From a virus (Duplodnaviria; Caudoviricetes): 35,166 nt of DNA. Both the position numbers and the translations under genes were made by a program. Below the pieces are notes generated by a model. That model saw only the letters and a program-made list of their open reading frames with translations. It did no database searches and was not told the DNA's origin. The stretch is taken from positions 1 through 35,166 of the IMG/VR virus record IMGVR_UViG_3300020045_002955; one strand, written 5' to 3'. Below, piece after piece: positions 8,928 to 16,599 of the stretch (position 1 is its first letter; each line of letters opens with the position of its first letter).

Positions 8928-9352
8928 TACTCCTCCTGTGGCCCGAAACGTGTCGGCCATGCCGGCAGGGTTATCCCCTTGGCCTGGGCGAAGTGTCGGA
9001 TGATGGTTTCGGATATCTCTGGATACTCGGTTGTACTCGGCTCAGTGGTGGACCGCTTCCCGGTCATGATCTTCTGCAGCGGCACCCAGATATATTCCTT
9101 GAAACTGTTTTTTGTGACGGGCATATCAACGTCCTCACGGATAGCTGCTCGCAGATCAATCCCCGCATCCTGAAACGCCTTGGCGCACATCTCGAACCAT
9201 AGCCACATCGCATTGTTTTGCGCCTGTGTGCGGGTACTTTCCGGCGCCTCGAATTTCACCACAGGTTTTTTACCAGCCAGTATCAGCCAGGCAACATGCT
9301 CGTCGAAACGTCGGCGCTTCTCTGCCGTATCCAGTGACCAGTACTGGGTCAT
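8927..9352 (-). CDS. ninB: NinB/DUF1367-like recombination protein
   Basis: RTQAQNNAMWLW and RSTTEPSTTEYPE..E.I..F....GI motifs. Confidence 0.65.
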   Translation of the reverse strand: MTQYWSLDTAEKRRRFDEHVAWLILAGKKPVVKFEAPESTRTQAQNNAMWLWFEMCAKAFQDAGIDLRAAIREDVDMPVTKNSFKEYIWVPLQKIMTGKRSTTEPSTTEYPEISETIIRHFAQAKGITLPAWPTRFGPQEE

Positions 9353-9720
9353 GCGTGCTTCTCAACGATTGCTTCCAGCGTGATAGGGACGTAACCGAAA
9401 TATCTGCCCAGTGGGATTCCGTTATCAATCTGGACTCCGTTCTCGTCCTTCACCCAGGGACCGGTCCCGATGGATATCTTGCGCTTACACCACAGTGCCC
9501 TGTCCTGCCTCGGCACCCGGGATATCAACCGGTCCTCGACCATCGCATTGAGAAAATTCTTGGCAGCATCCTTTGAAACTGGCTTGCCGTTTTTGTGGTC
9601 CGATAGCAGCCGCGCTACGTCATTCGCGCAAAAACAGCTTTCCATCAGCACACTGGCCAGCAGTACCTTGCGGCGCCGGTCCCGCTCCTCATCCATGCCC
9701 GCGGTAAACCCTGGCTTCAT
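9349..9720 (-). CDS. hypothetical protein, possible winged helix
   Basis: ATGA overlaps at both ends. Confidence 0.65.
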   Translation of the reverse strand: MKPGFTAGMDEERDRRRKVLLASVLMESCFCANDVARLLSDHKNGKPVSKDAAKNFLNAMVEDRLISRVPRQDRALWCKRKISIGTGPWVKDENGVQIDNGIPLGRYFGYVPITLEAIVEKHA

Positions 9721-9908
9721 ACGGTGTACCTCACGCCCTTGTAGACAACCTGACCAAACTTTTGCAAAAACGCCCTAGTGATGGCCGGGTCATCAGTAAA
9801 GTTGTGTGACAGGTCGTCCAGGGTGGTCATGTCCCTAGTTGATAAGGTCTGAGAGGCTGACGGTTTTGACCCGTGAATGTGGGCCACCATTTTTTCCAGA
9901 TTGTCCAT
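9717..9908 (-). CDS. small hypothetical protein
   Basis: 63 aa, overlaps the initiator 3' end, coupled downstream. Confidence 0.5.
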   Translation of the reverse strand: MDNLEKMVAHIHGSKPSASQTLSTRDMTTLDDLSHNFTDDPAITRAFLQKFGQVVYKGVRYTV

Positions 9909-10536
9909 TTTCGCGCTCCCGTTGCGCCCAGGTCCTGACGGCGGCCCGCCAGTCCTTCATTTTGTTTTTGCCCACCATCCAACCCTTGCTGGCGTAGAAG
10001 TCCACGAACCTATCCGCATCCAGGCTTCCCGGTATGGTCGACATGTAATCAGTTACTTGCTGTACGGTAGGTGGCACAAACCGCGTGCGGTTTTGCCCCA
10101 CATCTTCAGGAATCAGTGAATCAGGAATCAGTGAATCAGGAATCAGGGATTCTTTAACCGTTATACTTCCGTTGTTTAACGGTGCTTTACACGTTACCTG
10201 CGCCGTTGCTGGCTTTGCGGGCAATTCCGATGGCTTTTCGGTCTTGTGCGGCGACTGGTGCTTGGCGAAATTGATTACCTGAATTACAGGCGCTTTTTCA
10301 GTCTCGTAGCGGTCGATAAAACCTAGTCGTTCCAGTTCCGTTAAATAACCGTTAAAGTCTGGTATTTCACGGTAGGGGAATATTTCGGCCTTTATCCGCT
10401 TCGGCCTATCCTCCAATCGTCCATCCCTGTCCGCAAGGCACCAAAGCCCCTGAAATAGAATAGTGAGCAGCGGATCTGCCTCCCCCAGCACCTCGTTTTT
10501 AAATAACGAGGGTTTAATATTTCTAGCCCTCGCCAT
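9835..10536 (-). CDS. phage replication initiator protein
   Basis: MARARNIKP..F.NE.L...LWCLADR.GRLEDRP..IKA N-domain; FVDFYASKGWMVGKNKMKDWRAAVRTW C-domain. Confidence 0.85.
   Translation of the reverse strand: MARARNIKPSLFKNEVLGEADPLLTILFQGLWCLADRDGRLEDRPKRIKAEIFPYREIPDFNGYLTELERLGFIDRYETEKAPVIQVINFAKHQSPHKTEKPSELPAKPATAQVTCKAPLNNGSITVKESLIPDSLIPDSLIPEDVGQNRTRFVPPTVQQVTDYMSTIPGSLDADRFVDFYASKGWMVGKNKMKDWRAAVRTWAQRERENGQSGKNGGPHSRVKTVSLSDLIN
10106..10150. repeat. 3 x 15-bp tandem repeat in initiator linker; candidate origin iterons
   Basis: TCAGGAATCAGTGAA x2 plus TCAGGAATCAGGGAT, encoding (SLIP-D/E) x3; lambdoid origins lie inside the initiator gene (origin role inferred). Confidence 0.7.
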
Positions 10537-11074
10537 CTTGACTCCCCTTTATTTTGCTCCAGCAAATTCCGCAGAAGTATTTAAACGCTCGGTGTTCGTT
10601 CGATGGGTATTTGCCTATCGCAATATGCATTGCTTCCTCGACCTCGTAGTAGTCGAGCCTTTGTAAAAACCGCTCTATACTCATCCGGTTAGCGGTGTTG
10701 AAACCGGAATCACTGCAGCCTGGAGACATGATTTCCGCGATATCCCACGCCTCCTCATAAAGCCGGTCTTTTTTTGTTTGCAGTATTTTGTAATAGGCTT
10801 TGAGCTGGGTTTCGGATTCTTTAACTCTGGCTGCCTTGCTGGCCAGTGACTCTGGGACGCTGGTTAGCGGTGTCGCGGACTTCCCCCGGTTGCAGTTAAA
10901 ACAAGAGGTGATCAAGTTGCCCGAGTCGTTTTCACCACCATTGGCAACAGCCAATATATGGTCCACCTCCAAAACAACTGCTGGCGGCGTTGATCCACAA
11001 TACTGGCATCTAAACTCATCGCGCTTGAATATCTCAAAGCGCAGCGTTTTTGATATTGGTTTTCGCTTTGCCAT
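10523..11074 (-). CDS. HNH endonuclease family protein
   Basis: LRFEIFKRDEFRCQYCG, LEVDHI, NLITSCFNCNRGKS. Confidence 0.9.
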   Translation of the reverse strand: MAKRKPISKTLRFEIFKRDEFRCQYCGSTPPAVVLEVDHILAVANGGENDSGNLITSCFNCNRGKSATPLTSVPESLASKAARVKESETQLKAYYKILQTKKDRLYEEAWDIAEIMSPGCSDSGFNTANRMSIERFLQRLDYYEVEEAMHIAIGKYPSNEHRAFKYFCGICWSKIKGSQDGEG

Positions 11075-11269
11075 TCACGCCACCAGTCGATAGCGTGCGA
11101 AACGCTTCTCGCCCTTCCTGACCCACTCTGTGGCGATTTTGTAGCCCGAATCGCGCAGGTTCTGGATTCTGGCGGCCAGTCGTAAACAACCGAATTTATC
11201 CAGCGCCTCCAGCGGTGTGATAGTCTTGTGGCGCCTCATGTGGCCGAGGATTTGATTTTTCTGGGACAC
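11075..11269 (-). CDS. winged helix-turn-helix protein
   Basis: ITPLEALDKFGCLRLAARIQNLRDSGYKI motif. Confidence 0.85.
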   Translation of the reverse strand: MSQKNQILGHMRRHKTITPLEALDKFGCLRLAARIQNLRDSGYKIATEWVRKGEKRFARYRLVA

Positions 11270-11358
11270 TTTTTTACCCCTTCGTGCGCTACCGCACGGA
11301 AATTGCTTTTTTTGTTGTGGTACACGTATCGATGTATGTGCCGCCGCTCCCTACTGAC

Positions 11359-11383
11359 AAAACAAAGCCCGCACTTGGCGGGC
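11359..11383 (-). terminator. tR1-like terminator after cro
   Basis: GCCCGC-caagt-GCGGGC followed by TTTGTTTT. Confidence 0.6.
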
Positions 11384-11387
11384 CTGG

Positions 11388-11585
11388 TTATGCTGCTGAT
11401 CGGTCAGTCAGGCAGCGGTGCAGCTTCTCTACGGTGCTCACACCCGGTTCTTTACTGACCCCCTGCATGATGTTTGCGATGGCCTTGTAGTTGACCCCGG
11501 CCTGCTCGGCGATCTCTCGCCAGTGGCCCTTTTCCTCCTCCAGCATCGCCTTCACTTCAGGCAGCATTCGCGGCTCGTAGCTCAT
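11388..11585 (-). CDS. cro: Cro-like XRE HTH protein
   Basis: WREIAEQAGVNYKAIANIMQGVSKEPGVSTVEKL; divergent from repressor. Confidence 0.8.
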   Translation of the reverse strand: MSYEPRMLPEVKAMLEEEKGHWREIAEQAGVNYKAIANIMQGVSKEPGVSTVEKLHRCLTDRSAA

Positions 11586-11603
11586 TTGACAAAACCCCTT
11601 GTT

Positions 11604-11664
11604 AAACCATAATTGGGTTAATTATGTGGCCAAATGTCCAGCCCAGTCAACCCACCTTTGGGTT
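11604..11664. promoter_or_regulatory. OR operators and pR promoter
   Basis: AAACCA-TAAT-TGGGTT (11604-11619), AACCCA-CCTT-TGGGTT (11649-11664); minus-strand TTGACT-18-CATAAT (11650-11621). Confidence 0.8.
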
Positions 11665-11689
11665 ATTTTTTTCAATACCCTATGGGCTG

Positions 11690-12037
11690 ATGAAAATGCC
11701 CACAAAACAGGTCGTAATCGAAAACATCAGGCGACTGATGGCCCATAACCAGGACACCACCTATTCACTGGCCGAACGGTCAGGCGTACCCCAAAGCACC
11801 ATCGTCAACATGCTGTCCGGCAAGCACAAAATATCCATTGAAAGCACCGAACAGATCGCGCAGGCCTATGGATTAGAGGGCTGGCACCTTCTCATGCGGA
11901 ACCTGAGCGCCGACCTTTTGCAGTCACCCAGGCTTGAAAAACTGTGCGAGCGGTACATGGCCGCGTCCAGCGAGGGCCGGGCCTATATCGACTCGGTCGC
12001 CGAGCGGGAATCGAAGTACAAGACCCCCGCGAAATAG
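11690..12037 (+). CDS. cI: CI-like XRE repressor without S24 peptidase domain
   Basis: TYSLAERSGVPQSTIVNMLSG HTH; start at 11690 or 11696; flanked by operator pairs. Confidence 0.8.
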   Translation: MKMPTKQVVIENIRRLMAHNQDTTYSLAERSGVPQSTIVNMLSGKHKISIESTEQIAQAYGLEGWHLLMRNLSADLLQSPRLEKLCERYMAASSEGRAYIDSVAERESKYKTPAK

Positions 12038-12065
12038 CGACACATCAAAAAATTTTCTCACTTTT

Positions 12066-12114
12066 AACCCAAAACTGGGTTGACATGCTGCCAATCTTAA
12101 CCCATTATTGGGTT
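12066..12114 (+). promoter_or_regulatory. OL operators and pL promoter
   Basis: AACCCA-AAAC-TGGGTT (12066-12081) and AACCCA-TTAT-TGGGTT (12099-12114) overlapping TTGACA-17-CATTAT (12080-12108). Confidence 0.85.
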
Positions 12115-12153
12115 GAAAGGGCGCAGGACCAACCGGAAAGTGAGGACAGGAAA

Positions 12154-12372
12154 ATGGCCAGCAACGCAAAAAAACACTGGACAAACAACATAGGAAGCAG
12201 CAGCGGACCTATTGCATCCGTCTACTGGTGCAAGCTCTGTACCGGCCCCCACGCATCAAGATTCAGGGTGGTGGTTACCAGCCGCACTGGGTTCGGCACC
12301 GCAAGTAAGGCAATGGCAGCAGTGCAGGCCCATATCAAAACCGCCCACCAATCACCCGAAGCGGCGGCCTAA
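12154..12372 (+). CDS. small putative C2H2-like zinc-binding protein, first pL gene
   Basis: CKLC ... HIKTAH; GAGGA RBS before ATG 12154. Confidence 0.6.
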   Translation: MASNAKKHWTNNIGSSSGPIASVYWCKLCTGPHASRFRVVVTSRTGFGTASKAMAAVQAHIKTAHQSPEAAA

Positions 12373-12662
12373 TGGTCGCCCAGCACATCACAGACGCCAA
12401 CTATTACCCCCTACCAGAGGATATGGATATGAAAACACGCACAGAAATCGAATACAGGGACTTTGGCGCCGATCAGGTTGCCAAGTGTGAGGATGGGTTT
12501 CCTCTGGATTGCTTTGTGCTTTTTGAGCATGAAGGGGAAACCATAATCAACCCGTTCGCCTATTCCGACGACCCCGACACCCTGTTTGGCATTGAGAAAA
12601 TGACCGCGTGGAAGGCTGAAGCTGCGGCCCTGATGGCTGAATGGGAAGCTGACGCAGCATGA
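12372..12662 (+). CDS. hypothetical protein
   Basis: Coupled to neighbours; start could be 12423 or 12429. Confidence 0.6.
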   Translation: MVAQHITDANYYPLPEDMDMKTRTEIEYRDFGADQVAKCEDGFPLDCFVLFEHEGETIINPFAYSDDPDTLFGIEKMTAWKAEAAALMAEWEADAA

Positions 12663-13249
12663 AAGTGTTAGTCGCCTGCGAGTACAGCGGCACCGTCCGT
12701 GACGCCTTTGCAGCCAGAGGCCATGATGCCATGAGCTGCGACCTGCTGCCCACCGATTCACCCGGCAATCACTATCAAGGTGATGTGCGCGATGTGCTGG
12801 GCGATGAATGGGATTTGATGGTAGCCCACCCCCCTTGCCAATATCTTTCGGTGTCGGGTATGCACTGGACCGCTCGCGGCCTGCGTGACCCTGAGTTGAC
12901 TACTGCCGCGCTGGACTTTGTGCGCCTGCTGCTGAGTGCGCCAATCAGAAAAATTTGCCTTGAAAATCCGGTGTCGGTTATCAGCAGCAACATCCGCAGG
13001 CCAGACCAGATCATAAACCCCTACCAATTCGGTGATGACGCGAGCAAGAAAACCTGCTTGTGGCTGAAAGGGCTGCCGCTGCTTCAAGGCACTGAGTATA
13101 TCGCCCCGCGAGTCATTGACGGCAAAAAGCGGTGGGGTAACCAGTGTAACAGTGGACAAAACAAATTAGGCCCCAGCGATGACAGGTGGAAATTACGCAG
13201 CACGACCTACCTGGGCATAGCAAAAGCCATGGCGCATCAATGGGGCTAA
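12659..13249 (+). CDS. phage DNA cytosine methyltransferase-like protein
   Basis: KVLVACEYSG, DLMVAHPPCQ (PC motif), CLENPV, KKTCLWLKGLP. Confidence 0.8.
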   Translation: MKVLVACEYSGTVRDAFAARGHDAMSCDLLPTDSPGNHYQGDVRDVLGDEWDLMVAHPPCQYLSVSGMHWTARGLRDPELTTAALDFVRLLLSAPIRKICLENPVSVISSNIRRPDQIINPYQFGDDASKKTCLWLKGLPLLQGTEYIAPRVIDGKKRWGNQCNSGQNKLGPSDDRWKLRSTTYLGIAKAMAHQWG

Positions 13250-13274
13250 CCCCCTACCAACTGAGGGCAATACC

Positions 13275-13568
13275 ATGAAACACGAATTCAAATACTGGAT
13301 TTACGCAAAAGTGCGGTTCGACGGGCGCATGGTTTATGAGCTGTCGGATATCGAATGGTCGAACGCAGACATCCTGAAAGAGCGCGTACTTGTCTCTGCC
13401 CACACCGTGACCCTTGACCTGCCGGACGCAGCGGAATTCACCCCGGCTATTGTCGAGAAGCTGCAGGCGAAAAAAGAGGTTATGCAAGCCACTGCTGCCG
13501 CAGCCATTGCCGAAGTCGAAGGCCAGATTCAAAGCCTGCTGGCTATCACTCATGGGGTGGCCGTATGA
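13275..13568 (+). CDS. hypothetical protein
   Basis: GAGGG RBS; C-terminal coiled coil. Confidence 0.7.
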   Translation: MKHEFKYWIYAKVRFDGRMVYELSDIEWSNADILKERVLVSAHTVTLDLPDAAEFTPAIVEKLQAKKEVMQATAAAAIAEVEGQIQSLLAITHGVAV

Positions 13569-13744
13569 ATCAGGATGAGCGCAGGTATCAGGCTGGGCGT
13601 CCGTACTACCGCAAGCCAAGCAAGCATCAAGTGAGCGCCGAGAGCGACTACCTCTACACCATAGTTATCACTTTTATCGTGGGATCAATGCTTGGCGCGA
13701 TTGTCACGCTGGGCGCCATTACTAGCGGGGTTTTAGTGCTATGA
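13565..13744 (+). CDS. 59-aa membrane protein (below ORF-track cutoff)
   Basis: ATGA overlaps at both ends; hydrophobic C-terminus IVITFIVGSMLGAIVTLGAITSGVLVL. Confidence 0.6.
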   Translation: MNQDERRYQAGRPYYRKPSKHQVSAESDYLYTIVITFIVGSMLGAIVTLGAITSGVLVL

Positions 13745-13983
13745 ACTTGAACTTCAGAAACGTGAGCATCAACCGGGGCCGTGTGTACATCGAAGTCGCT
13801 GATGGTAAGCACATCGACTGCACCGATGGCCTCACCGACCCGGCTGCGGCTATCGACCTGATGCTGGCCGGCGAGCGCATGCGCAGGATCGCTGAGAGAC
13901 AGGCACGGTTGCGTGAGTTTGCCGCCGAGTGCCAGGGCGCCGCTTTGGGCATGAATGAGCAATGCAGAGGGGTGCAACTGTGA
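13741..13983 (+). CDS. hypothetical protein
   Basis: Translational coupling at both ends. Confidence 0.6.
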   Translation: MNLNFRNVSINRGRVYIEVADGKHIDCTDGLTDPAAAIDLMLAGERMRRIAERQARLREFAAECQGAALGMNEQCRGVQL

Positions 13984-14276
13984 AACGCCGACCGGATGAC
14001 AGCTGGGTGACCTACGTCGAGGTGGATGAGGTTGAACTGGACCCCTGCACCGTGAACTTTGAGGCCTCCGAGCCTGAACCGGACGTTAACTGGGGCGGGG
14101 ATCTCGAGGTGCTGTCTGTCATCCATAACGGGCTGGACGTATACCCGAGAATGTCTGCACGGGAGCGCGACTACCTGCTGGACAGGCTGGGTGATCACCT
14201 GCGGGACGGTTACGACGACGGGTATGGCGACTACCTGTATGACCTGAGAAAAGACGAGCGAGGATGCGCAGCATGA
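13980..14276 (+). CDS. acidic hypothetical protein
   Basis: GTG start overlapping upstream TGA, GAGGGG RBS; D/E-rich. Confidence 0.6.
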   Translation: MKRRPDDSWVTYVEVDEVELDPCTVNFEASEPEPDVNWGGDLEVLSVIHNGLDVYPRMSARERDYLLDRLGDHLRDGYDDGYGDYLYDLRKDERGCAA

Positions 14277-15337
14277 GCACACTACAGACGGCATTGGCGA
14301 CACTGGAGCGCCCATTCGCGGAGAAAAACGCCTGGGGCTTGAAGTTTGAAAGCGAATGCCATTTCGCGGCCCAACAGATAACCAAAAGCGACTCCGCGCT
14401 GAAAACCGCGCAGAACAACCAGGCCAGCCTGAAAAACGCCATTGTGAACGTTGCGGCCATTGGTATCAGTCTGAACCCGGCGCAGGCGCACGCATACCTT
14501 GTCCCTCGGGACGGCGGGATCTGCCTTGATGTGTCCTACCGTGGGCTGGTGAAGCTGGCCACCGACGCCGGGTCTATCGAGTGGGCCAAGGCGGTGCTGG
14601 TATATGAGGGTGATGAGTTTGAATGGCGCGGCCCTGCAGAGCAACCTCTGCATCGGGCTGATGTTTTCAACCCTGATCGCATGAATGCCAACAATCCCCT
14701 GGAGAAGCTGCGCGGGGGTTACTGTCTGGCCAAGCTGGTCGGCGGCGGGTACATGGTCGATGTGATGAGCGCAGCCGAGATACTCGCGGTGCGCGACTCA
14801 TCCAAAGCCAAGAACGGTCCGTGGCAGGGGAAGTGGGCCGGTGAGATGGCGAAAAAGACACTTGTGAAGCGCGCCAGCAAATCCTGGCCGCAATCCAGCG
14901 GCAGGCAGCGGCTGGACCATGCCATTGAGATATTGAACGAGCACGAGGGGCTGCACGAGGAAATCGTGATACAGCCCACCGACTACATGAAACCCAGCAA
15001 AGAGCAGACGGACACCTACCTCGAAATGGCGAAGGGCGACCCGGTAGACTTCTGGCTGTGGTATCGGTCACTCGACCAGCGTGTCCAGCAGTCGCTGCCT
15101 GGATGCGAATTCGAGTACGGGACGAAGCAAAAGATGATGGCGTTTTTCAATGGGCAACTGGAGGAGGGCCGGCAGCGACTGGAAGCCTGGGTTTATGAAA
15201 CCAGTCAACTCTGCGAGCGGGCAGACGCGCTCGGCCTGGCTGAGTTTTTCACCGGCATGCCGGACAGCCAGCGGGATGCGGTGATCGAGGGTCTGGGCAT
15301 CCAGTACATCACCTTTGCCCGCGGGGTGGCAGCATGA
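14273..15337 (+). CDS. recT: RecT-family ssDNA annealing protein
   Basis: SLKNAIVNVAAIGISLNP...AYLVPR, SYRGLVKLA, PW.....EMAKKTLVKRASKSWP. Confidence 0.9.
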   Translation: MSTLQTALATLERPFAEKNAWGLKFESECHFAAQQITKSDSALKTAQNNQASLKNAIVNVAAIGISLNPAQAHAYLVPRDGGICLDVSYRGLVKLATDAGSIEWAKAVLVYEGDEFEWRGPAEQPLHRADVFNPDRMNANNPLEKLRGGYCLAKLVGGGYMVDVMSAAEILAVRDSSKAKNGPWQGKWAGEMAKKTLVKRASKSWPQSSGRQRLDHAIEILNEHEGLHEEIVIQPTDYMKPSKEQTDTYLEMAKGDPVDFWLWYRSLDQRVQQSLPGCEFEYGTKQKMMAFFNGQLEEGRQRLEAWVYETSQLCERADALGLAEFFTGMPDSQRDAVIEGLGIQYITFARGVAA

Positions 15338-15570
15338 CATCCAACCCTAGAGAGTTGGCCGCGGTGGTGCTGGCGGAAGATCCGAACACCAATACCGAAA
15401 CCCTGGCCGAGCGGTGCGGGTTTGGCCATGGGCAAAGTTTCTGCCGGGCATTCAGGCGCTGGTACGGAATGACGGTTAGCCAGTACAGGCGGGACGTTTT
15501 GAGGCTGGAGCGGCGGCAATATGCGCCCAGGGGAGGCCATAGCATTGACCTGGAGCGACTATACGGGTGA
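15334..15570 (+). CDS. stand-alone AraC-type HTH protein
   Basis: LAERCGFGHGQSFCRAFRRWYGMTVSQYR matches the AraC second-HTH signature. Confidence 0.75.
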   Translation: MTSNPRELAAVVLAEDPNTNTETLAERCGFGHGQSFCRAFRRWYGMTVSQYRRDVLRLERRQYAPRGGHSIDLERLYG

Positions 15571-15991
15571 AGAAATTGATGTGTCCAAGGCCATTGTGCG
15601 CGGCGCTCTGGTCACTACGAAAACGAATGTCCGGCGTAGAGTCTATGTCCCCCAGTGGGTGCGCCCGATCCTTGATGGTCACGTTACTCGTTTCGCGGGC
15701 AAGCACATATTCGTCAATACAATGGGTAACAGGCATTGCGATACCAATGACCTGAACATGGCGTGGAAGAAAGCTCACCAGAAGGCCAGGGTGCCATACC
15801 GGATACCCTATACCCTGAGACATACCAGAGCAGCGGAATTGCTCTCACAGGGCGCGTCTGTACCGCTGGCGGCAAAGCAATTAGGGCATAGTGTGCAGAT
15901 GTTTTTGAACACCTATAGCGAGTACATGGAAGCGTACAGCGATGAGGATATCAGGGCATTGGATGGAAAGAAACTGAGGGAGGTGGTATGA
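15521..15991 (+). CDS. tyrosine recombinase, catalytic C-terminal part only (possibly truncated integrase)
   Basis: MRPGE (Arg), TKT (Lys), YTLRHT, LGHS, NTY catalytic Tyr; only 156 aa, no N-terminal domains. Confidence 0.8.
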   Translation: MRPGEAIALTWSDYTGEEIDVSKAIVRGALVTTKTNVRRRVYVPQWVRPILDGHVTRFAGKHIFVNTMGNRHCDTNDLNMAWKKAHQKARVPYRIPYTLRHTRAAELLSQGASVPLAAKQLGHSVQMFLNTYSEYMEAYSDEDIRALDGKKLREVV

Positions 15992-16251
15992 GTGACCCGC
16001 TAGAAGATATATGGAAGATGGAGATAAAGGCCGCAAAAATGAAAGAGCGCATCGCGGAGCTGGAGGCAGAGGTGGGTCGGTTTCGGGAGGAACACTCTGT
16101 CTTATTTGATGGATATTCCGTGCTGAAGGAAGTGGAGAGACTAAACCCCGGCATGAAATTCAATTCCGCGTTTCCTGCCCATATATCCCGCATGCTGGAC
16201 GCTGTCGTATCTCTACAGAAGCGGGCACTACTACAGGAGGACAAGCCATGA
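15988..16251 (+). CDS. hypothetical protein
   Basis: GGAGG RBS, ATGA coupling. Confidence 0.65.
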   Translation: MSDPLEDIWKMEIKAAKMKERIAELEAEVGRFREEHSVLFDGYSVLKEVERLNPGMKFNSAFPAHISRMLDAVVSLQKRALLQEDKP

Positions 16252-16511
16252 GTATGTCTGACCCAACACCGGAGAATTTGATTGCTGCTGCCGGAGCTTT
16301 TGACGCGGCATATCCAAGCCCATTCCCACAGCATCCTTCTGTTTTGATGAGGGCAGCAGCAAAGCGCATCGCCCTGCTGGAGGCAGCGGCAGAGGAGTCA
16401 TTGAACATCTGGAAATCTGAGCCGCTACGCTGGAGACTAGATACAAAGAAGAATCTAGGAGAAGCACTCCGCGCAGCGGGTTACCTAAAGGAGGACAAGC
16501 CCCATGAGTGA
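16248..16511 (+). CDS. hypothetical protein
   Basis: AGGAGG RBS, ATGA coupling. Confidence 0.65.
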   Translation: MSMSDPTPENLIAAAGAFDAAYPSPFPQHPSVLMRAAAKRIALLEAAAEESLNIWKSEPLRWRLDTKKNLGEALRAAGYLKEDKPHE

Positions 16512-16599
16512 CGGACTGCTACTGGTGCTATTTCTCTGCACCCTGTTTTTCGGTGCACTGGCAATTGCGAAGGCTATGAGGAAGAAAAAGGATGACTAA
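16504..16599 (+). CDS. 31-aa membrane peptide (below ORF-track cutoff)
   Basis: AAGGAGG RBS; MSDGLLLVLFLCTLFFGALAIAKAMRKKKDD; stop abuts tail-gene stop. Confidence 0.5.
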   Translation: MSDGLLLVLFLCTLFFGALAIAKAMRKKKDD

